Of a DNA stretch of 64,000 nt, positions 43,976-54,417 are shown piece after piece. Where the stretch lies: contig CAYNPQ010000001.1 in NCBI GenBank assembly GCA_964399065.1, positions 8,717-72,716 on the forward strand, in the 5' to 3' direction. Position 1 is the first letter of the stretch. Each line of letters starts with the position of its first letter. The position numbers and the translations under genes are program-made. This DNA comes from an uncultured Treponemataceae bacterium. GTDB lineage: Bacteria; Spirochaetota; Spirochaetia; Treponematales; Rectinemataceae. Under the pieces are notes generated by a model, which saw only the letters and a program-made list of their open reading frames with translations, had not been told where the DNA came from and did not search any database.

Positions 43976-44008
43976 GAAGGGCCGCCCCTCGGGGCGGCCC
44001 TTCTTTTC
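43976..44008 (+). terminator. Rho-independent terminator
   Basis: gaagggccgccc-ctcg-gggcggcccttc (12-bp stem) followed by TTTT. Confidence 0.8.
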
Positions 44009-44061
44009 GCGGCTCGCGATCGCAGCCTGTTTCGCCCAACGCGCCTGACGGGCGGCGCGGC

Positions 44062-46197
<2,136 letters not shown>

Positions 46198-46210
46198 CGA
46201 CGCGGTCGGC

Positions 46211-46690
46211 CTAGACTCGCTTCAAGAGGAAGGAGAGGGCGCCGACGCCGAGCCCGACGACCAGGGTGACGATGACGGCCGCCATGAGGACGCCGGCGGC
46301 GACGGCGAGCATCGACTTCTTCCGCTCCATCCCGAGTATCCAGGCGCCGAGGGCCCCGGTCCAGGCCCCGGTCAGGGGCAGGGGGATGCCGACGAAGATC
46401 GCGAGGCCCCAGTAGCCGTACTTGTCGACGCTCGGCTTGACCTTGGCGCGGGCCCGCTCCACGAAGCGGTCGAAGAAGGAGGCGTACCAGCCCCATCGGT
46501 ACAGGAGCTTATGGACCGTCTGGAGGAAGACGTAGGCGATGGGGCCGGCGAGGGCGTTCCACGCCAGGCACCAGAGCGCCGCCGAAAGGAGGGGCATGCC
46601 GTTCGCGACGGCGTAAGGGATGCCCCCGCGGAGCTCGGAGATGGGGGTCAGCGAGAGGAACGCGGCCCAGAACAGCTTGTACGGCGTCAT
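46211..46690 (-). CDS. Small multidrug-export-like membrane protein (COG2426 family)
   Basis: 159 aa with 4 TM. LTPISELRGGIPYAVANGMPLL is typical of this family. Confidence 0.7.
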   Translation of the reverse strand: MTPYKLFWAAFLSLTPISELRGGIPYAVANGMPLLSAALWCLAWNALAGPIAYVFLQTVHKLLYRWGWYASFFDRFVERARAKVKPSVDKYGYWGLAIFVGIPLPLTGAWTGALGAWILGMERKKSMLAVAAGVLMAAVIVTLVVGLGVGALSFLLKRV

Positions 46691-46723
46691 GTAGGCGAGA
46701 CTATAGCGCGGAGCCCCGGCTCT

Positions 46724-47671
46724 TTACAATGTCCCGGGCGCGGCCAGGAAGGCCCGGAGCTCGGCCTCGATGGCCTCGACGCTCGGGGGCAGCCAGCGGA
46801 TGCCGGGCAGGGCGCGGAAGAAGGTCAGCTGCCGCTTCGCGTAGCGCCTCGTGTCGAGGGCGATCCGCTCGCGGAGGCTCCCCTCCCCCTCCTCGAAGAA
46901 CTCGCGGTAGCCGATGGCCTTCATGCCCGGGTCGCCGGGGCCGCGGCCCGCGGCCCGGAGCCGCGCGACCTCGGCCTCGAGGCCGGCGGCGAACATGGCC
47001 TCGACCCGGGCGTCGATCCTGGCGTAAAGCTCCTCGCGCGGCCTTTCGATGCCGAGGACGAGGAAGTCGTAGTCGGGCCTGGGGGAGGTCGGCGCCGCGA
47101 AGTCGGCGAGGGGCCGGCCCGTGGAACGGAGCACCTCGACCGCGCGGGTCAGGCGGTAGACGTCGTTCGGGTGGATGCGCGCGGCGGAGCCGGGATCGCC
47201 CGCGGCCAGCTCGGCGCGGAGGGCGGGCTCGCCGAGCCTCGCCAGGTCGGCCGCGACCCCGGCCCTGAGGCCGGCTTCCGCCGCCGGCGCGGAGGGCAGG
47301 CCGCAGAGGAAGTTCCGGGCGTAGAAGCCCGTGCCGCCGGAGACCACGGGGAGCCTGCCGGAGGCGAAGGCCTCGGCGCAACATTCGTCCGCGAGGCGGA
47401 CGAAGTCGCCCGCCGTGTACTGCTCGGAGGGGTCGAGGATGTCGATGAGCCTGTGCGGAAGGAGGGCTTGGAGGGCGGCGTCGGGCTTGGCGGTGCCGAT
47501 GTCCATGCCGCGGTAGGCCTGCATGGAGTCGGCGCTGACGACGAGGGCCTCGGGCATGCCCTCGGGCCTGCCCGGCCCGAAGAGCCGAGCGAGGAGCTCG
47601 GTCTTGCCCGAGCCCGTCGGCCCTACGAGAAGGAGGACTTTATGCGGGCTAGTCGAGGAGTTTGTATTCAA
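46724..47671 (-). CDS. miaA: tRNA dimethylallyltransferase MiaA
   Basis: 315 aa. P-loop LLLVGPTGSGKTELLARL and HRLIDILDPSEQYTAGDF. 23-nt overlap with the rpoZ 3' end. Confidence 0.95.
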   Translation of the reverse strand: MNTNSSTSPHKVLLLVGPTGSGKTELLARLFGPGRPEGMPEALVVSADSMQAYRGMDIGTAKPDAALQALLPHRLIDILDPSEQYTAGDFVRLADECCAEAFASGRLPVVSGGTGFYARNFLCGLPSAPAAEAGLRAGVAADLARLGEPALRAELAAGDPGSAARIHPNDVYRLTRAVEVLRSTGRPLADFAAPTSPRPDYDFLVLGIERPREELYARIDARVEAMFAAGLEAEVARLRAAGRGPGDPGMKAIGYREFFEEGEGSLRERIALDTRRYAKRQLTFFRALPGIRWLPPSVEAIEAELRAFLAAPGTL

Positions 47672-47849
47672 CCTGCTTGGAGAACACCTGCCGGGTCGAG
47701 AGGGAGACGACCTTGCCGTTGTTCTTCTCGACCTCGGGGGTCCTGAGAACGGCCAGCTGGTAGGCGCGGCGGGTCACGGCGACCGTGAACTCGTAGGAAT
47801 TACCGTCGTATTCGATGAGCTGCTCGAGGGGCATGATCATAGACTTCAA
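47649..47849 (-). CDS. rpoZ: DNA-directed RNA polymerase subunit omega
   Basis: 66 aa. NSYEFTVAVTRRAYQL and KVVSLSTRQVFSKQV parallel E. coli NRFDLVLVAARRARQM and KTTVIALREIEEGLI. Several candidate Met starts (47849, 47840, 47834). Confidence 0.75.
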   Translation of the reverse strand: MKSMIMPLEQLIEYDGNSYEFTVAVTRRAYQLAVLRTPEVEKNNGKVVSLSTRQVFSKQVEYKLLD

Positions 47850-47927
47850 GGATACCCGGGGCGGGGCGGCTTGCGCAAGTACCCGGGAGGGGCGTCCATG
47901 CCTCCGCGACAGGCGCCGCGCGGCGGT

Positions 47928-47960
47928 AAAAGGCCCGCCCGCGTGTCGCGGGCGGGACCT
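47928..47960 (-). terminator. Rho-independent terminator (minus strand)
   Basis: Minus strand cccgcccgcg-aca-cgcgggcggg (9-10 bp GC stem) followed by ccTTTTacc. Closes the zapB-zapA(-sORF) unit upstream of rpoZ. Confidence 0.75.
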
Positions 47961-47987
47961 CAGGTCAATTCCTGTCCGATGGGCCGA

Positions 47988-48113
47988 TCAGGGGGTGCGG
48001 ACCTGGTCGATATAGAGCAGCAACATGTACGAAGTCCCGTTAAAGACGTCAATCACTCCATCGAAATCCTTGTTAGTCAGAGAGGCCGTGAAGACCGCCG
48101 ACTGATTGCTCAT
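47988..48113 (-). CDS. Candidate 41-aa small ORF (alternatively part of an ncRNA)
   Basis: ATG 48113 preceded by GGAG. MSNQSAVFTASLTNKDFDGVIDVFNGTSYMLLLYIDQVRTP. By hand count, 30 of 40 codons after the ATG end in G/C although the segment is much less GC-rich than its neighbours. No family recognised. Confidence 0.35.
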   Translation of the reverse strand: MSNQSAVFTASLTNKDFDGVIDVFNGTSYMLLLYIDQVRTP

Positions 48114-48228
48114 GGACTCCACACCTTTTGCGTGGTCAGGTGAATGTAGTACAGCCGGTAACAACCTACACCCACGCGCCGGGAGCAACGAGGATCGGTT
48201 CAACCAAAATAATAAAGAAAGGACCCGC

Positions 48229-48564
48229 TCAGGAGTGCGTGGCTCCCATGCTCCGGTCGAGATCGGCGATGAGCCTCGCCGCGACGCGGGATAGCTCGTC
48301 CTCGCCCTGGGGCTTGTCGGCGCGCATGGGAGGAGTGCCGGCCACGGGGCCGTAGCCTTCCTTGAGGCGGGAGAGCTCGTCCAGCAGGGTGACGCCGGCG
48401 AGGATGGACAGCTTCACGGGATCCTGGACGCGGGTCGAGCTTCGCAATCCGTCGAGCCGGGAGCGGAGTTCCGCGACCAGTCCTTCGATGTACTCCGTCG
48501 ACTCGTCGGTCTGGATCGCGAAGGAGGTGCCGAGGAGCTCGATGTTCACGACTTGCACGGACAT
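48229..48564 (-). CDS. zapA: Cell division protein ZapA
   Basis: 111 aa. VNIELLGTSFAIQTDESTEYIEGLVAELRSRLDGL...KLSILAGVTLLDEL follows the ZapA domain pattern. Confidence 0.85.
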   Translation of the reverse strand: MSVQVVNIELLGTSFAIQTDESTEYIEGLVAELRSRLDGLRSSTRVQDPVKLSILAGVTLLDELSRLKEGYGPVAGTPPMRADKPQGEDELSRVAARLIADLDRSMGATHS

Positions 48565-48579
48565 CCCCGTCGCCCGGAA

Positions 48580-49302
48580 CTAGAAGATGTCGAGCTCGTT
48601 CTCGACGGGCTTGGGGGCCTCGTGGCCGGCGCCGCTCCCTTCGGGAGCGGGGGCCGCCTCGCGGGTCTCCGGCTCCGCGGCTTCGTCCGCGGGAGCTTCG
48701 TCGGCTTCAGGGGCTCTGTCCATCGTCGCCGGGCGCGCCGGCGCGGCCTCTTCGGCGGGGCGATCGGGAATCCCGATCTCGACGGCGGCCTGCTGGAGGA
48801 TGAGATCCTCGAAGGAGTCGAGCTTCTCGAGGGCGTGGACGATGCCCTCCTCGATGCGCGACTGGTCCTTGCGGTAGCTGTCGATGCGGCCCGCCAGCTC
48901 CGCCGCCTTGGCCTCGGCGGCCTCGGCGCGCGAGCTGAGCTCGAGGGCCTTGGACTCGAGCTCGACGAAGCGCGCCTCGATCTGCGCTGCGCGCGCGGCG
49001 GCGGCCTGGGCGCGGGCGGAGGCTTCGGCTGAAGCGGTCTCGGCCTGCGCCCTCGCCGCCTCGGCGGCCTCGAGTGCCGCCTTGGCGGCGGCCGCCTCGG
49101 CGGCGGCCGCGTTCGCCTTTTCCTCCGAGGCCGCCAACTCCTCGGCGGCCTCGTCGATGAAGGACTGCGTCTCCCCGTAGCGGGCTTCGGACTCGCCGAG
49201 GCGTCGGCGGAGCTCGGCGTTCTCCTCGCGGATCGTCGCGATGTAGGCGACGGCCTTCTCCACCCGGTCCTCGAGGGCCCGGACCTGCTCGAGGCTCAGC
49301 AC
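48580..49302 (-). CDS. ZapB-like coiled-coil division protein with long Ala-rich rod and acidic tail
   Basis: 240 aa. N-terminus MLSLEQVRALEDRVEKAVAYIATIREENAELRRRL resembles ZapB ([34 protein letters not shown]). 15 nt upstream of zapA. Confidence 0.6.
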   Translation of the reverse strand: MLSLEQVRALEDRVEKAVAYIATIREENAELRRRLGESEARYGETQSFIDEAAEELAASEEKANAAAAEAAAAKAALEAAEAARAQAETASAEASARAQAAAARAAQIEARFVELESKALELSSRAEAAEAKAAELAGRIDSYRKDQSRIEEGIVHALEKLDSFEDLILQQAAVEIGIPDRPAEEAAPARPATMDRAPEADEAPADEAAEPETREAAPAPEGSGAGHEAPKPVENELDIF

Positions 49303-49306
49303 GGCG

Positions 49307-49666
49307 TCAGGCCTTGAGCGCGGCCTTGGCCTGCTCGACCACGGCCTTGAAGGCGGCGGGGTCCCGGACGGCGATGTCCGCGAGCATCTTGCGGTCCACG
49401 AGGATCTGGGCCTTGTTGAGGCCCTCGATGAAGCGGCTGTAGGTCATGCCCTCGGCCCTGCAGCCGGCGTTGATCCTGGTGATCCAGAGCCTGCGGAAGT
49501 CGCCCTTCCGGTCGCGGCGGTCGCGGTAGGAATAGGACAGGGACTTGGCGACCGCGTCCTTGGCGACCTTGTAGTTGGAATGCCTGCGGCCCCAGAAGCC
49601 CTTGGCGTTCCCGAGTATCTTCTTGCGGTGGTCCTTGCGCTTGGTGCCTGCTACTGCTCTCGGCAT
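49307..49666 (-). CDS. rplT: 50S ribosomal protein L20
   Basis: Trimmed to ATG 49666: [39 protein letters not shown]... Confidence 0.97.
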   Translation of the reverse strand: MPRAVAGTKRKDHRKKILGNAKGFWGRRHSNYKVAKDAVAKSLSYSYRDRRDRKGDFRRLWITRINAGCRAEGMTYSRFIEGLNKAQILVDRKMLADIAVRDPAAFKAVVEQAKAALKA

Positions 49667-49852
49667 CGTGATTCTCCTCGTTGGCGGTTCGCGGGATCCT
49701 CCAGGGGACCCGCGCGCGGTCCGGCGCGGCTCCAAGGCCGCGGTTCCGCTCGTCGGACAGGTCGGACAGGATTACCCGGCCCTATCCGTGTCGCCCCCCG
49801 CGTCGCGGGCGGCTCCTCATCCTTTTTTTTACTGTCGGTTCCCCTCTCGGGC

Positions 49853-50053
49853 TCAACCGTAGGGAAGGAGCTTCTTCTTGATCTGGCCGGTGGCCACGGG
49901 GTCGACGAAGCCGGCCTTGCGGAGGTTTCTCTTCCTCTTGGTCGTCTTCTTGGTGAGGATATGGCGAAGGTTCATCTTCTTGTACTTGACCTTGCCGGAG
50001 GCGGTCAGCGTGAAGCGCTTCGCCGCTGCCTTCTTCGTCTTCATCTTGGGCAT
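49853..50053 (-). CDS. rpmI: 50S ribosomal protein L35
   Basis: 66 aa: [36 protein letters not shown]... Confidence 0.97.
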   Translation of the reverse strand: MPKMKTKKAAAKRFTLTASGKVKYKKMNLRHILTKKTTKRKRNLRKAGFVDPVATGQIKKKLLPYG

Positions 50054-50078
50054 GTCGAACCGTCCTTACAAAAGCGTG

Positions 50079-50660
50079 CTATTCCTTGTCCGCTGGCGCG
50101 GGAGCCTCTTCGGCGCCCTCCGCCGCGGCGGCGTTCTTCTTGATGATGGAGGCCTTGGGCTGGAGGACCATGGACATCATCCTGCCCTCCATCAGGGGCG
50201 TGCGCTCCATGATGTAGAATCCCTCGAGCCTCGCGAGGACCTTCTTGAGCACCTGCTCCCCGATCTCCGTGTGCGCGAGCTCGCGGCCCTTGAAGCGGAT
50301 GGTCACCTTGACCTTGAATCCGTCCTCGAGGAAGGCCCTCACATGCTCGGACTTGAATTCGAGGTCGTGCCCGGCGATCTTCGGCTGCATCCGGATCTCC
50401 TTCAGCTCGCCGATGCGGACCTTCTTCCTCGATTCCTTGATCTTCTTTTCCTGCTCGAACTTGAATTTTCCGTAATTCAGGAACTTGCAAACGGGAGGTA
50501 TCGACTGAGGCGCGACCTCGACGAGATCCAGACCGAGCTCGCGGGCCTGCTTGATGGCCTCAAGGGTCGGAATGATACCCTTCTGCTCGCCCTTGTCATC
50601 GATCAACCGCACCTCGCGGACGCGGATCTGCTCATTGATCCGCAAGTCTTTGTCTGCCAA
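50079..50660 (-). CDS. infC: Translation initiation factor IF-3 (TTG start)
   Basis: 193 aa: (M)ADKDLRINEQIRVREVRLIDDKGEQKGIIPTLEAIKQARELGLDLVEVAP...PPVCKFLNYGKFKFEQ. Start codon TTG at 50660..50658, 4 nt after AGGAGG. Confidence 0.95.
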   Translation of the reverse strand: MADKDLRINEQIRVREVRLIDDKGEQKGIIPTLEAIKQARELGLDLVEVAPQSIPPVCKFLNYGKFKFEQEKKIKESRKKVRIGELKEIRMQPKIAGHDLEFKSEHVRAFLEDGFKVKVTIRFKGRELAHTEIGEQVLKKVLARLEGFYIMERTPLMEGRMMSMVLQPKASIIKKNAAAAEGAEEAPAPADKE

Positions 50661-50870
50661 CTGGCCTCCTTCGAACGGATCGCCGAGGATCGGTCTTCAG
50701 TCGACCGATCCGCCGAGCGGACCCGTATCGCTTAGTCTATCACAGCACTCGAAATAGAGTAAAGTGCCTCGATACCTCCGCGGACCCTCCGGTCGCGCTT
50801 GTGGTGCAGGCGGGAGGAAGGCCCTCCCCGGCCCTTTACAGGGCGAGGCCGCGGAACCTACACTTTGCCC

Positions 50871-51314
50871 ATGACCCGCATGTCGATCAAGGCCTGCATC
50901 GAGGCTTTCTCCGCCAGGAACGCCGCAGTCGCCGGCATCTACCGTGACGGCGCGAAAGGCATCCTCTCGAGATCGGTCTCCAGCCTCGCGGCCTCGGTCG
51001 GGGACCAGAGGCGGGAGCTCGGCAAGGACCTCGCCGCCTTGGAGGGCGCGGTGGCCGCACCCTCGACCGAACTGGAGATCGAGATCGACGCCGCCCACTT
51101 CGCCCCGCCCCCGCAAGAGGCCGGCGGCGATCCCGCCGGCTTCCTCCGCCTCGTCCGGAAGATCGAATCCGAGGATTACGAGCTCCTGACCGCCGTCTCG
51201 GGAGCGGTCCTGCCGACTTCGATCGAGGTCGCCGAGCGACTGGCGGCCTTCGCGGAGCAGGCCCACAAGCGCTCCTCCTGGGCCCAGGACCACCTCGACC
51301 TCCTGGGCATCTGA
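50871..51314 (+). CDS. Hypothetical helical protein (147 aa)
   Basis: Track ORF trimmed to ATG 50871 (MTRMSIKACIEAFSARNAAVAGIYRDG...). The preceding 24 codons look non-coding. No family recognised. Confidence 0.5.
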   Translation: MTRMSIKACIEAFSARNAAVAGIYRDGAKGILSRSVSSLAASVGDQRRELGKDLAALEGAVAAPSTELEIEIDAAHFAPPPQEAGGDPAGFLRLVRKIESEDYELLTAVSGAVLPTSIEVAERLAAFAEQAHKRSSWAQDHLDLLGI

Positions 51315-51371
51315 ATCCCGCCGGCAGGAGCAGCCTTGAACGATGCTCGGGGGCCGTGTTAGCCTCGATCC

Positions 51372-52022
51372 ATGTACGCCTTCCTCGTCCTCGCCCTGCC
51401 CCTCGGCTTCCTCCTCCTCGTTCTCGGGGTCTTCCCCGCCGGGGAGCGGTCGGCGACGAAGCGCCCATTCCTGAGAGGCGTCCTCGCATCGATCCCCCTC
51501 GTCCTCGTCGCGAGGCTCCTCGGCGCGATCGTACCCACGGCCCCCGGCTCGGCCTTGGGCTTCTTCCATGAGCTGGCCGACCGGATCCTCCCCTACGCGG
51601 CCCTGCCCGCCCTCCTCTACCGCGTGTTCTACCGCTATGGCGAGCGGCTGCCCCCCGGTGCGGCGGAGCGTCGGCTCACCGCCTTCTACGCCGGGGCCCT
51701 CGCCCCGATGGGGCTGTACGAGACCCTGAGGCTCTGGGGCCGCGCCGATCCCTACGAGCTCCTCCTCCTCCCCGTCGTCCTCGCGGCCCTCGTCCTCTCC
51801 ATGCCCCGACTGGCCTTCGGGTTCCGCGACGGCTACGGATTCCGCATGGTCCTCCTCACGCTCGGGGCGGCGGCGGCCGGCGTCGCCCTCGCCTTCATAC
51901 CCTTCCTTTTCATCCTCCGCTTCTGGCCCCTGGCCTGGCTCCTCGTCGCCGGCGCGGGCTGGCTCGCCTGGTTCCTCTCCTACCCCGAGCTCGCGCGACG
52001 GCCGCCGCCGCCCACCGAATGA
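51372..52022 (+). CDS. Integral membrane protein, function unknown
   Basis: 216 aa with about 6 hydrophobic helices (MYAFLVLALPLGFLLLVLGVF..., ...FWPLAWLLVAGAGWLAWFL). Confidence 0.6.
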   Translation: MYAFLVLALPLGFLLLVLGVFPAGERSATKRPFLRGVLASIPLVLVARLLGAIVPTAPGSALGFFHELADRILPYAALPALLYRVFYRYGERLPPGAAERRLTAFYAGALAPMGLYETLRLWGRADPYELLLLPVVLAALVLSMPRLAFGFRDGYGFRMVLLTLGAAAAGVALAFIPFLFILRFWPLAWLLVAGAGWLAWFLSYPELARRPPPPTE

Positions 52023-52046
52023 ACCAAGGCTAGAACGGACTGGTCG

Positions 52047-52090
52047 CAAAAAAAGGAAGGGCCGCCTCGCCGGGCGGCCCTTCCTTTTAG
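52047..52090. terminator. Bidirectional rho-independent terminator between convergent genes
   Basis: aaaaaaa-ggaagggccgcc-tcgccg-ggcggcccttcc-tttt. About 15-bp stem flanked by an A7 run (T7 on the minus strand, serving fba) and T4 (plus strand). Confidence 0.8.
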
Positions 52091-52141
52091 GTACGGTGCG
52101 CGGGCGAAGCCTGGGTTCGGCCTCGCCTGCGCCGGTCGGGA

Positions 52142-53140
52142 TCAGGCCTTGCCGGCCGAACCGAGGACCTCGACGTTCTTGTGGGCGTAGAGCTTCTTGA
52201 GCTCGTCGCGGGCGGGACCGAGGTACTTCCTCGGGTCGAACTCGTCCGGCTTCTCGAAGAAGACCTTGCGGATCATGGCGGTCATCGCGAGGCGGCCGTC
52301 GGAATCGATGTTGATCTTGCAGACGGCGCTCTTGGCGGCCTTGCGGAGCTGCTCCTCGGGGATGCCGACGGAATCCGTCAACTTGCCGCCGTACTGCTCG
52401 ATGACCTTCACGTACTCGATCGGCACGCTCGAGGAGCCGTGGAGGACGATGGGGAAGCCGGGGAGCCGCTTCTCGATCTCCTCGAGGATGTCGAAGCGGA
52501 GGGGCGGCGGGATGAGGATGCCGTCCGACGTCTTGGTGCACTGGGAGGGCTTGAACTTGGCGCGGCCGTGGCTGGTGCCGATGGAGATGGCCAGGGAGTC
52601 GACGCCGGTCTTCTTGACGAAGTCCTGGACCTCCTCGGGCTGGGTGTAGTTCGAGTGCTCGGCGTGGACGTCGTCCTCGACGCCGGCCAGGACCCCGAGC
52701 TCGCCCTCGACGGAGACGTAGTCCTTCTGGGAGTGGGCGAAGTCGACGACCTTCTTGGTGAGGGCGACGTTCTCCGCGTAGGGCAGGTGGGAGCCGTCGA
52801 TCATGACCGAGGAGAAGCCCGACTCGATGCAGCTCTTGCAGAGCTCGAAACTGTCGCCGTGGTCGAGGTGGAGGACGATGGGGATGTCGCGGCCGAGTTC
52901 CTTCGCGTACTCGACGGCGCCTTTCGCCAGGTACTGGAGCATGGTCTGGTTGGCGTACTTGCGGGCGCCGGCCGAGACCTGGAGGATCACGGGGCTCTTC
53001 GTCTCGACGCAGGCCTGGATGATGGCCTGGAGCTGCTCCATGTTGTTGAAATTGTAGGCCGGGATGGCGTATCCGCCCTTGACGGCCTTCTTGAACAGCT
53101 CGACGGTGTTGACGAGCCCGAGCTCGGTATAGCTGGTCAT
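52142..53140 (-). CDS. fba: Class II fructose-bisphosphate aldolase
   Basis: 332 aa with GGYAIPAYNFNNMEQLQAIIQACVETKSPVILQVS, VLHLDHGDSF and LHGSSSVP. Confidence 0.95.
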   Translation of the reverse strand: MTSYTELGLVNTVELFKKAVKGGYAIPAYNFNNMEQLQAIIQACVETKSPVILQVSAGARKYANQTMLQYLAKGAVEYAKELGRDIPIVLHLDHGDSFELCKSCIESGFSSVMIDGSHLPYAENVALTKKVVDFAHSQKDYVSVEGELGVLAGVEDDVHAEHSNYTQPEEVQDFVKKTGVDSLAISIGTSHGRAKFKPSQCTKTSDGILIPPPLRFDILEEIEKRLPGFPIVLHGSSSVPIEYVKVIEQYGGKLTDSVGIPEEQLRKAAKSAVCKINIDSDGRLAMTAMIRKVFFEKPDEFDPRKYLGPARDELKKLYAHKNVEVLGSAGKA

Positions 53141-53252
53141 GCGCGACTCCTTGTTCGTTCAGCGTTCTACGCGAAGTAATCTTAGGAAGGCGGCGGCGGG
53201 AGAGTCAAGGGCGGCGGCGGCCCCGTTGCCCGAAAGAGGCCGGACGGGTACC

Positions 53253-54299
53253 ATGCCAGCCGTGCGCCCCCCCACCACGGGCAGCGGCCGCTGCTCGGCC
53301 GCGGTCCTCGCCGCCCTCCTCGGGCCCCTCCTCCTCTTGTTCTCTTCCTGCGGCGGCAAGGGCTCGATCGTCGTGGCCCTCGACGAGGCCTTCCAGGCCT
53401 CGCGGCCCGAGCTCGCCCGGGAGCTCGAGGCGGGAACGGCGGGCTTCAAGGTGATCCGCCTCCGGCTCAAGCTGCAGGAAGCGCCCGGCAAAGCCCTCGC
53501 CGAGCTCGAGGCCGCCCGCGGGAGGGGCGAGGCGCCGTTGGCCCTGGTCGCGAGCCCCCTGGTCGCGGCGGCACTTCCCGGGCCTTGGAGGGCCGGCGGC
53601 GCCGAGGAGTCGTCGCTCGGCGGGGCGCTCCTCCTTGCCCCCGAGTGGCGGGTCGCGGCCCCGGAAGCGGGCGACCAGGCCTCGGCGGACGCGATGGGCG
53701 CCTTCGCAGCAGCGGCGAGCGATCCCCTGCCCGCCTATGCCGCCGCCGGGAAGGCGGCCGGGGCCTACGTCGCATCCCTCGCGGCCCAAGGGGGCTCCCC
53801 CGCCTGCGGAATCCTCTTCCTCGAGGCCCCCTCGCGGCCGCGGAGCGCCCTCCAGGCCTTCGTCGACGCCTACGCCGAGGGCTCGGGCGGCCTTTCCCCC
53901 CTGGTCCGGGAGCTCGTCGCGGCCGAGGACGAGGAGGCCAGGGCCGAGGCGGCGGTCAAGGAGCTCCTCGGTTCGGACCTCCGCCTCCTCTTCGTCGCCC
54001 TCGGGAAGGGGGGGCCGGCCGCGATACGCGCAGCCGCCAGGCCGGGCCTTGTCGTGGGGGCCGACTACCCCGGCTCCCCGCCACCCGCCGCCCTGGCTTT
54101 CCGCATCCGCCCCGACGAGGGGGGCATCGCCGCGGCGCTCTGGGCTTCCTTGCCCTCGGAGGGCGGGGAAGCCCCGGCCCGCGCCCCCTATCGTCCGGTA
54201 CCCGCCCTCGCGGAGCTCCTCCCGGCCGCCGGAGACCAGTCGCGGCGCAGCTTCGGCCCCTTCCTGAGGGGGGTCGAGAGGGCGGAACCGACGCGATGA
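53253..54299 (+). CDS. Lipoprotein, function unknown
   Basis: Trimmed to ATG 53253: MPAVRPP...LLGPLLLLFSSCGGKG (lipobox), followed by an Ala/Leu/Glu-rich soluble domain. Confidence 0.6.
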   Translation: MPAVRPPTTGSGRCSAAVLAALLGPLLLLFSSCGGKGSIVVALDEAFQASRPELARELEAGTAGFKVIRLRLKLQEAPGKALAELEAARGRGEAPLALVASPLVAAALPGPWRAGGAEESSLGGALLLAPEWRVAAPEAGDQASADAMGAFAAAASDPLPAYAAAGKAAGAYVASLAAQGGSPACGILFLEAPSRPRSALQAFVDAYAEGSGGLSPLVRELVAAEDEEARAEAAVKELLGSDLRLLFVALGKGGPAAIRAAARPGLVVGADYPGSPPPAALAFRIRPDEGGIAAALWASLPSEGGEAPARAPYRPVPALAELLPAAGDQSRRSFGPFLRGVERAEPTR

Positions 54300-54338
54300 G
54301 GGACGCCGAGCGACGTTATACGCGAAAGGCTATATCAT

Positions 54339-54367
54339 TTGACAAAGCTCTATGCCGAAAATATAAT
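54339..54367 (+). promoter_or_regulatory. Consensus sigma-70 promoter TTGACA-N17-TATAAT upstream of the flaA pair
   Basis: TTGACA at 54339..54344, exactly 17 nt (aagctctatgccgaaaa), TATAAT at 54362..54367. AAAGGAG RBS before ATG 54418. Confidence 0.7.
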
Positions 54368-54417
54368 CGGATTAACCGCGAGCTGCGGCCCGCGGCACCG
54401 ATAAAGGAGTTTCAAGG

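Noticed and set aside
47961-48228. Calling this segment a 6S RNA gene outright because of the zapA-ssrS synteny known from E. coli.
   Set aside because: By hand I could build only short helices, not a long closing stem with a central bubble. The embedded 41-codon frame shows coding-like third-position bias. It is kept as an open finding rather than an annotated ncRNA.
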